Part shown: positions 1-9,298 of the stretch, one piece after another
Position numbering within the stretch: position 1 is the first letter of the stretch
How the letters are laid out: each line of letters begins with the position of its first letter
Source of the DNA: a bacterium
GTDB taxonomy: Bacteria > Hinthialibacterota > Hinthialibacteria > Hinthialibacterales > Hinthialibacteraceae
Length of the DNA: 64,000 nucleotides
Assembly: GCA_963662285.2 (NCBI GenBank)
Contig: CAXXMV010000006.1
Location: 672,001 to 736,000, forward strand
Reading direction: 5' to 3'
Translations under genes and position numbers: made by a program
Notes under the pieces: model-generated
The model's database searches: none
The model's input: the letters and a program-made list of their open reading frames with translations, nothing else
Told to the model about the DNA's origin: nothing

Positions 1-426
1 TTCCAGCAAGACCCGGTGGCCGAGACCTTGGCCGGAGGCTTAATTGGAGCGCATTGCACCTGCCCGACCCGTCTGGAAGGATTCGACCGCCCACCAGAGC
101 CGTTCCATATCGCCCATCATCACGGCAACCGTGATGCGGTTCCCATCCCCCGTTGGAAACCGGGACAAAGAGTTACGGTAGCCGATGTGGAGTTGAACGC
201 CGAAGAAGGTAAACCGCACCGCATGATAATATCAGCGGGTGAAGTAATGAAGAATATATCAGTCCCCCCGGCAGGTGGATGCGTGGTTTCGGTGCTGATT
301 AAACTGGATGGTGTAGAGCAATATCTGGATTACCCCGGATTTCATCAAATATTCTTCTACGGCGATTACAAGAAAGAACTACAATGGTATTGCAATCTAT
401 TCGGCATCGAACCAGTGGTTATTTGA
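1..426 (+). CDS. C-terminal part of a putative L-fucose/L-arabinose isomerase-like protein (runs in from before the window)
   Basis: Frame is open from base 1 (FQQDPVAETL...). HCTCP and GFHQIFFYGDY motifs resemble C-termini of this sugar isomerase-like family. Confidence 0.5.
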   Translation, partial: FQQDPVAETLAGGLIGAHCTCPTRLEGFDRPPEPFHIAHHHGNRDAVPIPRWKPGQRVTVADVELNAEEGKPHRMIISAGEVMKNISVPPAGGCVVSVLIKLDGVEQYLDYPGFHQIFFYGDYKKELQWYCNLFGIEPVVI

Positions 427-437
427 GGAGAAAAATC

Positions 438-1166
438 ATGAACTTACGCAATTGGTTAATAATGGGTTTAGTTATACTGGTGGGATTATTCGGAATCGCA
501 GAGGGATTATCCCAAAATACAAACCAGGAAGACTCTGTAGAAAAAGCATTAAAAATGCTTCGCGATGGAAACCATAGATTTGTCAGTGGAAACAGAACCT
601 TCCCCCATTTGGATAAAGCGCGTCTTAAAGAATTATTGAGCGGGCAGCATCCCTATGCGACAGTAATAACCTGTTCAGATTCACGCGTTGCGCCAGAACA
701 CATTTTCGATACAGGTTTAGGCGACATCTTTACTATACGAGTGGCCGGGAATGTATGCGATACCGATGAGGTTGGCTCTATTGAATATGGAGTCGATCAT
801 CTAGGTACGCCAATCCTGGTCGTGATGGGACATACATCTTGCGGGGCAGTTACGGCGGTTGCGACTAAGGCGGAATTGCATGGCAGTATCCCGGCGTTAG
901 TAGATAATATAAAACCAGCCATAGAAAAAGTTCAAAGCGAACATCCCAATTTACATGGAAATGATCTTGTCAGCGCAGCGATAAAAGCCAATGTCTGGCA
1001 ATCAATAGACGATTTACTCAAAACCAGCCACGCCACGAGAGAACGGATTAAAGACGGTCGATTGAAAGTTATCGGCGCCATCTATCATCTCGAAGATGGT
1101 AAAGTGGACTGGCTGGGTATTCACCCTCAACAAACAAAACTACTAAAACGCTCATCGGATCACTAA
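438..1166 (+). CDS. Beta-class carbonic anhydrase with signal peptide
   Basis: CSDSRV and HTSCG zinc-binding motifs, IRVAGN, GSIEY. GAGGAG RBS precedes ATG 438 and the N-terminus is hydrophobic. Confidence 0.92.
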   Translation: MNLRNWLIMGLVILVGLFGIAEGLSQNTNQEDSVEKALKMLRDGNHRFVSGNRTFPHLDKARLKELLSGQHPYATVITCSDSRVAPEHIFDTGLGDIFTIRVAGNVCDTDEVGSIEYGVDHLGTPILVVMGHTSCGAVTAVATKAELHGSIPALVDNIKPAIEKVQSEHPNLHGNDLVSAAIKANVWQSIDDLLKTSHATRERIKDGRLKVIGAIYHLEDGKVDWLGIHPQQTKLLKRSSDH

Positions 1167-1331
1167 GTCCTCTCCCCCTCCAGAAAAGGGCTAAGACAAT
1201 GTCATTAAGTTAACCGTGTTGTCCCCTCTCCCGCTGGGGTTGTAAAGGCCTGGGACATGGGTAACAGGTGTTCGGGGACATAGGTAACACATTCCCTGAG
1301 TGTATTCTAGCCTTGAAAGGAGGCGAAGAAT

Positions 1332-2498
1332 ATGCCCTGGAACGAGGTGGACCTTATGTCTCTGAGAAAAGAATTCGTATTGTTGAGCCAGCAAGAAGAA
1401 AGCAACATCAGCCAATTATGTAAACGGTTTGATATCAGCCGTAAGACGGGTTACAAATGGATCAAACGGTACAAAGAAGGAGGAGGCGAAAATCTCCAAG
1501 ACCGTTCCAAAAAACCCAATACTTGCCCTCATCAAACAGATAAGTCTATCGAGCAAGCCATTACAGAAAATCGCGAAAAAGGATGGGGAGGACGCAAAAT
1601 TCGCTCTCGTCTGATTCAATTGGGATACGAAAATGTTCCTAGCGCCAGCACTATTACTGCCGTGTTACGCCGACTGGGATTGCTGGATGAAAAGGAAAGT
1701 CACAAGCACAAAGCCTATAAGCGTTTTGAAAAAGATACGCCCAACGAATTGTGGCAAATGGATTTCAAAGGAGATTTTCCCACGCTCAAAGCACGCTGTT
1801 ATCCGCTCAGCATTCTGGATGATTGCACGCGCTTTGTTCCCGGATTATTTTCGTGCGCCAATCAGCAAAGGGAAACCGTGCAAGACTCCCTGGAAAGCGT
1901 GTTCAGGATGTATGGTATGCCTCGGGCGATGTTGATGGATAACGGAAGTCCGTGGGGAGGATGCAAAACCTGCGAATACACCAGATTGACAATATGGCTG
2001 ATACGATTGGGTATTCGCGTGTATCACGGTCGCCCCTACCATCCGCAAACCCAAGGCAAGGTCGAGCGATTTCACCGGACCTTTAAGCAAGAATTGCTGA
2101 TAAGGGAATCGTTTGTGGATTTGGAATATTGCCAAAGGCGGTTTGATGAGTGGCGTTATGAATACAATTTTGAGCGTCCTCACGAAGCCCTGGATATGGA
2201 TGTCCCGGCTAACCATTATACGTCCAGTCCTTTTGTTTATCCGGGAAGTTTGCCGGATATCGAGTACGCGCCGGGCAGCATTATCAGGAAGGTGCAACAA
2301 GGAGGTCGGGTGGCGTACCGTGGTGAAGATTACCGGGTGAGCCGCGCCCTGGTAGGATGCCCGGTTGCCTTGAAACCCGCTATGACCGATGGGATGATGG
2401 ACGTATATTTTTGCCGACAAAAAATCAAGACGCTCGATCTGCGTTTGAATGAAATCAAAGAAGATAACTTGGCAATCCAGAAAAAGGCGTCACAATAG
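1332..2498 (+). CDS. IS481-family DDE transposase
   Basis: MPW...SRKTGYKWIKRY HTH; WQMDFKG, MDNG and GKVERFHRT catalytic D-D-E; YNFERPHEAL. Confidence 0.95.
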   Translation: MPWNEVDLMSLRKEFVLLSQQEESNISQLCKRFDISRKTGYKWIKRYKEGGGENLQDRSKKPNTCPHQTDKSIEQAITENREKGWGGRKIRSRLIQLGYENVPSASTITAVLRRLGLLDEKESHKHKAYKRFEKDTPNELWQMDFKGDFPTLKARCYPLSILDDCTRFVPGLFSCANQQRETVQDSLESVFRMYGMPRAMLMDNGSPWGGCKTCEYTRLTIWLIRLGIRVYHGRPYHPQTQGKVERFHRTFKQELLIRESFVDLEYCQRRFDEWRYEYNFERPHEALDMDVPANHYTSSPFVYPGSLPDIEYAPGSIIRKVQQGGRVAYRGEDYRVSRALVGCPVALKPAMTDGMMDVYFCRQKIKTLDLRLNEIKEDNLAIQKKASQ

Positions 2499-2499
2499 A

Positions 2500-2686
2500 A
2501 ATTGGTTGGGCGAAACGGAAGCGGGCGCTGCAGGAGTGCAACCCGCCAGGGATAGCCGATCCGAGGTGCGAGGGATAATGCAGGAGGTGAAATATTCACC
2601 TCCTCCCTCTAAGCCAACCAATTATCCTGAGCATCTCTAGATGCCTAAAAAAAAACTCAAACAATAACCTGGGATAAATCCCGGTT
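2500..2686 (-). ncRNA. Candidate structured non-coding element in the 3' region of IS481 copy A
   Basis: Core 2509-2557 is homologous to 25046-25095 with compensatory changes. Stems 2500-2509/2614-2623, 2582-2591/2595-2604 and 2666-2686. Strand inferred from G-U versus A-C pairs. Confidence 0.65.
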
Positions 2687-2811
2687 TTGATAAAAAACTG
2701 TAACCCATGTCCCCGAACATGTGTTACCCATCTACCCGGTCTGTACAGGGGTTAGGGTGAGGGGGATATACAAAAACAACATAACTTAATAACATTAGAA
2801 ATAGGTGATGT

Positions 2812-3410
2812 ATGAAAAGAAATTCAGGCTTCACTCTAATCGAATTATTAATTGTTGTAGCAATCATCGGGATACTGGCGGCAATCGCCGTGCCCAATTT
2901 TCTCAACGCTCAGACGCGGGCGCGCGTGGCTCGGGTAATGGGCGATCACAAAGCCCTCGGAACCGCCTTGGAGATGTATTCACTGGATAACAATAATTTT
3001 CCATGGCCCATCGGAAACGGGCAAGGTCATTCGTCCTACTCGGTCTATATCGAATACCTTCACGAATTAACCACTCCCACTCCATATATAGCCAGCGTAT
3101 CCTACACCGATATCTTCAAACCCCAGCGTGAAAAAACCAACTGGTATCCGGATGACACGGTATTCAGTTATCAATATGTAAGTTACAACGGCAGTTGGGC
3201 GCGGTTGTCCAATGTATCTGCCGCCATGAATGGCACCCCGGTTACTGCATCTCCAGTTATGGTCCGGATCATGGCGCCAACGGGGTGGAATGGCATCCTA
3301 TCACCGGAGATTCCATCTCCCTTTACACATCCAGCAACGGCCTGGTCAGCAGCGGCGACATAGGCCGTTTTGGAGGATCAGTTAAATCACGCACCATCCT
3401 GGGTGGATAA
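2812..3410 (+). CDS. Type IV prepilin-like protein, frameshifted near 3197-3240
   Basis: G|FTLIELLIVVAIIGILAAIAVPNF methylation site. The family C-terminus (SYGPD...SNGLVSSGDI) is in the overlapping frame 3195..3410. Confidence 0.85.
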
Positions 3411-3510
3411 CCAACCAGTTCTTTCGCTAATCCAAGTAGACTCTCCCGCAATTTTTTGAGATAATCGAACTATTCGATTTATTATGCTATTTCTTATTGC
3501 AGGAGAAATC

Positions 3511-5604
3511 ATGGTCCGGCGAACATCTACTCATTTAATACTTCTGTTTTGCGGCTTCGTTGCATTCTCTTTCCTACTGGATATCCCTTGCTCAGCGCAG
3601 GAAACCGCTAATCCCATCATCTTCGGCGCCACTGTTGATTGGGGCTTGAAGCCGGAATTCGGGCCGAAGGTAGGAGAATATAAAGTTTCAGACCGAGTGA
3701 CTGTATCTGGCAGTGATGATAACCTTATTTACGATGTCTATGGGAATGGGGATAGCTTGGCCTATGCAAAAATATCAGAAGTCGAGTTCTTAACTCCAGA
3801 AACAAAAATCCTAGCAGAGCGAAAACTTGCGCCTACAGGTTATTCAGAAGATATCGATGTGTTTATAGAAGTCACGAACATATCATCATCTGCCAAAACA
3901 GTGAATATTATCGAACAACCTCCTGCTCGATATTCATTAAATAAGATCAGCCATAATGGAATAGTAGAAAACGGAAGCATTCTCTGGAATGTAAATCTTG
4001 ATCCGGGAACTACAATCTTACACTATACAGCTTATCCGTTTTCTTCTGATATTCGCAACGCAACGTTTCATGGCTCAATTGGATCTGATTCGATTTTGGG
4101 ACAAAACCAAACAATCAATTATAGAATTTACATAAGCAGTTTTAACTTCATGGTTTTTACAGGAATACCACTAGTCTTATTTCTGATTCATTTCTGTTTA
4201 TTCTTGTTTTATCCCCGCTTAAAAGAACATCTTTACTATGCTTTATTTCTCCTTTTCTCCGCAACAACTCACTATTTTTGTTTCAAATATCCCTTCATTG
4301 GTACTCATTCATACGAGGCAACCGCAAGATTTTACATTACACTTTTTTTTAACAGTCTACAATTTGTGATGCTTTTAATATTTTTTCATAAACATGTATT
4401 TCAAAAACTGACTTGGTATATCTGGATATTAATTATTCTCTTTATTTCAAAAGCATTATTCTATGCTTTAGCTCTCTGTATGCTGGTACATTTCCCCGAT
4501 CACGACTTTTCATATATAGTAAATTCTCCATTTTCTCTAGTGTTTACGAGTTATTATGCTTCTTTTCTTGTTCACATTGTGCTTGTTAGAGTACTTTTTT
4601 ATGTGTTATACAAGAAATTATCTGGAAGCCTATTTATCGCAATCGGTCTTTTTTTATGGTCCATAATAAACCTATGGGGATTTCTTAATTATTATCTAGA
4701 TTTTCCTGCTCCACCAATCAAATACCCTGAAATGGGAGGAATAGCGAACATACTGCTTCTGTTATCCATGTCAATATATTTGGCCTATCGCTTCGCCAAG
4801 ACGCAAGAAGAATTAGAAATCTTAAACGTTGAACTCGAAGACCGGGTTGAGCAGCGCACCCAGGACCTCAACACCATGAACACGGAACTTCAAGAAGCCA
4901 ACGCGCAATTAATTCAATTAGACCAAATGAAAACCCAATTCGTCTCCCAGGCTTCCCATGATCTACGCACCCCTCTTACCGCTATCAAAGGCAGCCTGGA
5001 TAACCTGCTGATGGGCATCGCAGGCGCTCTTAACGAAAAGCAGCAGAAGGTTATGACCCGCGCTACTTCATCAGTCGACCGCCTGACTAACCTGATCAAC
5101 GACGTCCTAGATCTAAACCGCATCGAGACCGGCCGCATAGTTCTAGAAAAAACCAATATCCCCTTCAAAACGCTGGTAGAAAATATTATTAATGAAAACA
5201 GTCCTGCGGCTGAGCAAAAGTGGATCACGCTTAATGCAAATCTTAGAGAAGAAATCAACCTTCACATTGATGGCGGCAAGATTGAGCGGGTGGTGGGAGA
5301 ATTGATATCTAACGCTATTAAGTACACCCCGGATGACGGTACAGTTGAAGTTGATATGTCCTGTGATGATGATATGCTTTCGCTATCGGTGAAGGATTCC
5401 GGTATTGGAATGACTCCAGAGGAATGCGCCAAAATCTGGGAGCGCTTCTACCGGACATCGGCATCACAAAAATTCGCCAAAGGTTCGGGGCTGGGGCTTT
5501 CGATTGCTAAAGAGTTGGTTGAGTTGCATGAGGGAACGCTTACAGTGGAAAGCGCGCAGGGTTTAGGAACCAAGTTTACTTTATCATTACCGCTAAATTG
5601 TTGA
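3511..5604 (+). CDS. Membrane sensor histidine kinase (7TM-type input region, HisKA, HATPase)
   Basis: SHDLRTPLT H-box, NAIKY, DSGIG, GSGLGL; about 7 TM helices; GGAG RBS before ATG 3511. Confidence 0.9.
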   Translation: MVRRTSTHLILLFCGFVAFSFLLDIPCSAQETANPIIFGATVDWGLKPEFGPKVGEYKVSDRVTVSGSDDNLIYDVYGNGDSLAYAKISEVEFLTPETKILAERKLAPTGYSEDIDVFIEVTNISSSAKTVNIIEQPPARYSLNKISHNGIVENGSILWNVNLDPGTTILHYTAYPFSSDIRNATFHGSIGSDSILGQNQTINYRIYISSFNFMVFTGIPLVLFLIHFCLFLFYPRLKEHLYYALFLLFSATTHYFCFKYPFIGTHSYEATARFYITLFFNSLQFVMLLIFFHKHVFQKLTWYIWILIILFISKALFYALALCMLVHFPDHDFSYIVNSPFSLVFTSYYASFLVHIVLVRVLFYVLYKKLSGSLFIAIGLFLWSIINLWGFLNYYLDFPAPPIKYPEMGGIANILLLLSMSIYLAYRFAKTQEELEILNVELEDRVEQRTQDLNTMNTELQEANAQLIQLDQMKTQFVSQASHDLRTPLTAIKGSLDNLLMGIAGALNEKQQKVMTRATSSVDRLTNLINDVLDLNRIETGRIVLEKTNIPFKTLVENIINENSPAAEQKWITLNANLREEINLHIDGGKIERVVGELISNAIKYTPDDGTVEVDMSCDDDMLSLSVKDSGIGMTPEECAKIWERFYRTSASQKFAKGSGLGLSIAKELVELHEGTLTVESAQGLGTKFTLSLPLNC

Positions 5605-5677
5605 CACGGTCCTGTTGTTATCTGACTTGTTCTTATGAAGTGATAAGTAAAATAAATTTTTACAGGAGGAAAGTTTC

Positions 5678-6898
5678 ATGAAAGTTGGAGTTGGATATTG
5701 TAATAAACAAGATGCTTTTGATTCTGGCAGAACAGTGGCGAGTGAAGCCATTCGTAGTGGTAATATAAATAAACCTGATATTGCCATAGCTTTTTGCAGC
5801 GGACAATTGAACCATGAAGAATTTTTGCAAGGCATCAAAGATACTGTCGAGGATACACCTGTAATTGGGGGTTCAACAATTGGAATTATTACTAATGATT
5901 ATTTATCATATGAAGACTACCCTTCAGGCGTCGCGATATTTCAATTAGATGACGTAAAATGTCAAATTGCCGTGTCTCACGGTCTAGATAAAGATGAAAA
6001 GTTAGCAGGATGTAATCTAACAAGGGAATTATCCAGAACACCAGAGGACAGACTTCTGCTTATGTTCTATGATTCAATAAAAGTTACCACATCCCCTGCA
6101 TCTCCTCCTGTTATGAATGCTTCTCCTCCACTAATTGAAGGAATTGAATCAATACTCCAATCAAATGCACCAATCATCGGCGCAGGATTAATCGGGGATT
6201 ATCAATTTAGTAATACAAAACAATTCTGTGGTTCTAATGTATTAGAGCAGAGTGTTGTTGGTGCGCTTCTTTCAGGTTCTGTTAATGTTTATCATAGTGT
6301 AATGCACGGGTGCTCTCCTATTGATGGTATATATCATAAAATAACCAAAATGCAAGACTCCGTTATCTATGAACTGGATGGAAAACCAATTGTAGAGATA
6401 ATTGATCAAATATATGGAGATCAAAGATGGAGAGAACAACGCCCTCTCAATCTTTTGACAATTGGAGTAAATTATGGTGAGAGATTTCAACATCAAGAAG
6501 ACGCTTATGTTAATAGATTGATTACAGGAATTCTTCCAGATTGCAGCGGCATTGGGATATTTGAGTCTGATCTTGAACAAGGCATGGAAATCCAGTTTAT
6601 GTTGAGAGACGGTAATCAAATGATTGAATCTGCCAGGAAAAATTCTGAAAGCTTAATGAAGAAGATTAACGATGAAGGGAAAATACCTGTTTTTGGTTTA
6701 TATATTGATTGCGCAGGAAGAGCGGCAGAGTGCTCAAATACAGAATCAGAAGAAGCAGCGGAAGTTCAACAAGTAATGAATAAATACGTAACTCCTTTGT
6801 TAGGTTTTTATTCTGGCGTTGAAGTTGCTCCTATTCTCGGAAAGAGCAAGGGGCTTGATTGGACAGGCGTCTTATTAGTTTTATCTAAGGACAAGTAA
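5678..6898 (+). CDS. FIST N/C domain signal transduction protein
   Basis: PVIGGST, IYELDGKP, DCAGR and GFYSGVEVAP motifs of the FIST_N/FIST_C domains. Confidence 0.88.
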   Translation: MKVGVGYCNKQDAFDSGRTVASEAIRSGNINKPDIAIAFCSGQLNHEEFLQGIKDTVEDTPVIGGSTIGIITNDYLSYEDYPSGVAIFQLDDVKCQIAVSHGLDKDEKLAGCNLTRELSRTPEDRLLLMFYDSIKVTTSPASPPVMNASPPLIEGIESILQSNAPIIGAGLIGDYQFSNTKQFCGSNVLEQSVVGALLSGSVNVYHSVMHGCSPIDGIYHKITKMQDSVIYELDGKPIVEIIDQIYGDQRWREQRPLNLLTIGVNYGERFQHQEDAYVNRLITGILPDCSGIGIFESDLEQGMEIQFMLRDGNQMIESARKNSESLMKKINDEGKIPVFGLYIDCAGRAAECSNTESEEAAEVQQVMNKYVTPLLGFYSGVEVAPILGKSKGLDWTGVLLVLSKDK

Positions 6899-6899
6899 A

Positions 6900-8600
6900 A
6901 TGGATGAAAAAGACGATTTAGCAAAAGAATTAAAAAAAAGATGCACAGAGTTAGAAAATAAGGCGGAATATTACCAAGGTATTGCAGAAAAAGCTGGACA
7001 AAAACGTTTAAGAGAAGTTGAACAATTAAACAGACTTATATCTGACCACAAGAAATCAGAAAAGGCGTTGCGGGAGAGTGAGCAGCATTTTAGACTTATT
7101 GCTCAATCAACCAATGACATTTTCTACGAGTGGGATATTGAGAGTGGAGAATTGAACTGGTTTGGTGAAATTGATATCGTATTGGGTTATGAGGCTGGAG
7201 AAATCCAACATACCCTGGAGGATTGGTTACGTTTAATTCATCCAGAAGATAGACCCCTACTTGATGACGCCGTTTTACTACACAAGGAATCAACAAAACC
7301 TATAGATTATATATACCGGGTAATGTGTAAAGATGGCTCAATAAGATTTTGGAACGATATTGGTTCTCCTATTTTGGATCAGGAAGGTAAACCAAAGAAA
7401 TGGATTGGCGGCATTTCTGATATCACCGAACGAAAAAGATCAGAAGAATTCTTAAGGCAAAAAACTATAATGGAAGCAGTAGGTTCCTTGGCAGGAGGAA
7501 TTGCACATGATTTCAAAAACATCCTTGCTGGGATATTAGGATATACTGAACTTCTTCAGATGGATTTAAGTAGTAGTAATTTCTCTCCTAAACGGATAGA
7601 GTCACGATTAGATAAGATTCTTACTGCAGGCAATCGTGCTAAAGAATTAACCTCTCAACTATTGGGATTTTCAAGACAGGGACAATATAGCCCCAAAAAC
7701 ATTGATCCAAATCTAATTGTTTCTGAAGCATATGGATTAGTAGAGCGGTTGGCGAATGTTGAAGGGCAACAACTGTCTTTTTCTGGAAATGCAGCATCTT
7801 ATATTTACGCTGATCAAACACAATTTTATCAAGTCATTCAAAATATTATGATCAATGCAATATATGCAGGCAGCATAGGTAATAAGGTTAGTGTTACCAC
7901 GGAAGATGTTGCTGTTAAGAAACTTATATCTACAACAATGGGAAACATTCCTGAAGGACAATATGTTAAATTGACTATCAATGACAATGGGACAGGTATT
8001 GAAGAAAAAGTTCTTCCGAGAATATTTGAACCTTTCTTTACTACAAAAGAAAAAGGCAAAGGAACAGGAATGGGGCTTGCAATGGTTTATGGAATTGTTA
8101 AAAATCATAATGGTTACATCTCTGTTGAAACAGATACATCACCAGAAAACCATGGAACTACTTTTAGTGTATATTTCCCTGCTGTAGAAAAAAGAGAAAT
8201 TGAAAAAAATGAATATAATGGAAATATTACAGGAACTGGAAAAATACTTATTATCGATGATGAACTTTCCATAAGAGAGATGGTTCAAGATGCTTTAGAA
8301 ATGAAAGGTTATGAAGTTGTTACAGCTGCTGAAGGCCAAGAGGGACTTGAAAAATTTAGAAGTGGTAGTTTTGATGTTGTAATTACTGATTTGATTATGC
8401 CGCTTGGAATGGATGGTATTGAATTATGCAGAGAAGTCAGAGAACTTGATCCCAACGTTCCTATCTATGCAATGAGTGGATATCATCAAGATAAAAGTGT
8501 TCAGCAAATGCTTAGTAAAGGCGCTACTGGTTTTATAGGAAAACCTTTTAAGTTGGAAGAATTATATCAAATAATAAGTTCTGCATTAGCCCTCAAATGA
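6900..8600 (+). CDS. Cytoplasmic hybrid sensor kinase (PAS, HisKA, HATPase, REC)
   Basis: IHPEDR PAS; LAGGIAHDFKN; FEPFFTTK...GTGMGL; REC motifs IIDDE, DLIMP, KPF. Starts 1 nt after the FIST stop. Confidence 0.93.
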   Translation: MDEKDDLAKELKKRCTELENKAEYYQGIAEKAGQKRLREVEQLNRLISDHKKSEKALRESEQHFRLIAQSTNDIFYEWDIESGELNWFGEIDIVLGYEAGEIQHTLEDWLRLIHPEDRPLLDDAVLLHKESTKPIDYIYRVMCKDGSIRFWNDIGSPILDQEGKPKKWIGGISDITERKRSEEFLRQKTIMEAVGSLAGGIAHDFKNILAGILGYTELLQMDLSSSNFSPKRIESRLDKILTAGNRAKELTSQLLGFSRQGQYSPKNIDPNLIVSEAYGLVERLANVEGQQLSFSGNAASYIYADQTQFYQVIQNIMINAIYAGSIGNKVSVTTEDVAVKKLISTTMGNIPEGQYVKLTINDNGTGIEEKVLPRIFEPFFTTKEKGKGTGMGLAMVYGIVKNHNGYISVETDTSPENHGTTFSVYFPAVEKREIEKNEYNGNITGTGKILIIDDELSIREMVQDALEMKGYEVVTAAEGQEGLEKFRSGSFDVVITDLIMPLGMDGIELCREVRELDPNVPIYAMSGYHQDKSVQQMLSKGATGFIGKPFKLEELYQIISSALALK

Positions 8601-8828
8601 TTTTGATTTAATTAAATTCTCTGTTGGTCATCCTGATGGATATCACTTGGGTAATAAAATAATTCTGGCTTTGTATAAGATACAGTAATCCAATTCAGAA
8701 GATGTAATAGGAAACAGAACGATGTCCGTTCCACTTTGATTTCGTAGAGGAGCGTTAGAAAAATCTAATTCAAATCATGTCTTGTATATTTGCATTGCTA
8801 GTGCATAATTACAAGATAGGAGATTGCG

Positions 8829-9143
8829 ATGTCAGGATATATTCAACGCTCACTGGAAGATGTGCTGAAACGTTCAATCAAAGAATTTCCCGCTGTCGTT
8901 TTAACCGGACCACGCCAATCGGGTAAAACAACACTCCTGAAACATCTTCTTCTCAAAAAATTCAAATATGTTTCTTTAGAACCGCCTGATGTGAGAAATG
9001 CTGCCATCGCGGACCCGCGAGGTTTTTTAGATTTATATCAACCGCCAGTAATCTTTGATGAAATTCAGAACGCTCCCGATTTACTTTTCTATATTAAGGA
9101 ACATATCGATAATAACCGAAATAAATGCGGGAAGGCTTCATAG
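8829..9143 (+). pseudogene. N-terminal fragment of an AAA_14/DUF4143-type ATPase
   Basis: Walker A GPRQSGKTT and Walker B FDEIQ are present; the ORF is truncated after ~100 aa. Confidence 0.8.
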
Positions 9144-9282
9144 GCTGCACCATGCTAAAAAAGACGTAATTATTTACGATTATGTTGATTCGGAGATCCC
9201 CATGTTAACCAGAATGAGTGAAAAGAGAATACGAGGTTACCGAAGCCTTGGATATGAAATAATGACTAAAACGAATTCATGA
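9125..9282 (+). pseudogene. C-terminal fragment of a DEAD/DEAH-box helicase (TOTE-type primase-helicase-like)
   Basis: AGRLHR (motif VI)...VIIYDYVD...PML.RM..KR.RGY..LGY; no N-terminus. Confidence 0.7.
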
Positions 9283-9298
9283 TAAGAATGAGCGAACA

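Larger units (their letters stand above)
1241..2747 (+). mobile_element. IS481-family insertion sequence (copy A)
   Basis: TGT...ACA ends. 26-bp imperfect TIR TGTAAAGGCCTGGGACATGGGTAACA / TGTACAGACCGGGTAGATGGGTAACA, duplicated subterminal sites, 5-bp TSD GGGGT (1236-1240, 2748-2752). Confidence 0.93.
1197..2797. mobile_element. IS4-end-like MITE containing a REP-like hairpin, split by the IS481 insertion
   Basis: CAATGTCATTAAGTTA (1197-1212) and the reverse complement of 2782-2797 (TAATGTTATTAAGTTA) match 14/16 and resemble IS4-family termini. No TSD seen. Confidence 0.55.

Noticed and set aside
1845-2420. Long antisense ORF within IS481 A and the many other short overlapping ORFs in the track
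   Set aside because: No recognisable motifs or RBS; they are shadows of real genes on the other strand or frame.
2520-2525. 6-nt matches between each IS481 motif stem and its own target hairpin (AGCGGG for copy A; CAGGCT for copy B), suggesting RNA-guided targeting
   Set aside because: The matches are short, fall in paired stems and are offset by 2 nt between copies, so they are compatible with chance. More IS-target pairs are needed to test covariation.
2509-2557. GAAAC in the motif suggested a hammerhead or HDV-like ribozyme
   Set aside because: No CUGAUGA core and no HDV-type nested pseudoknot could be built on either strand.
2812-3410. Diversity-generating retroelement or programmed frameshift acting on the pilins
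   Set aside because: No reverse transcriptase or template repeat in the window, no shared slippery site, and unrelated neighbouring genes show the same indels.
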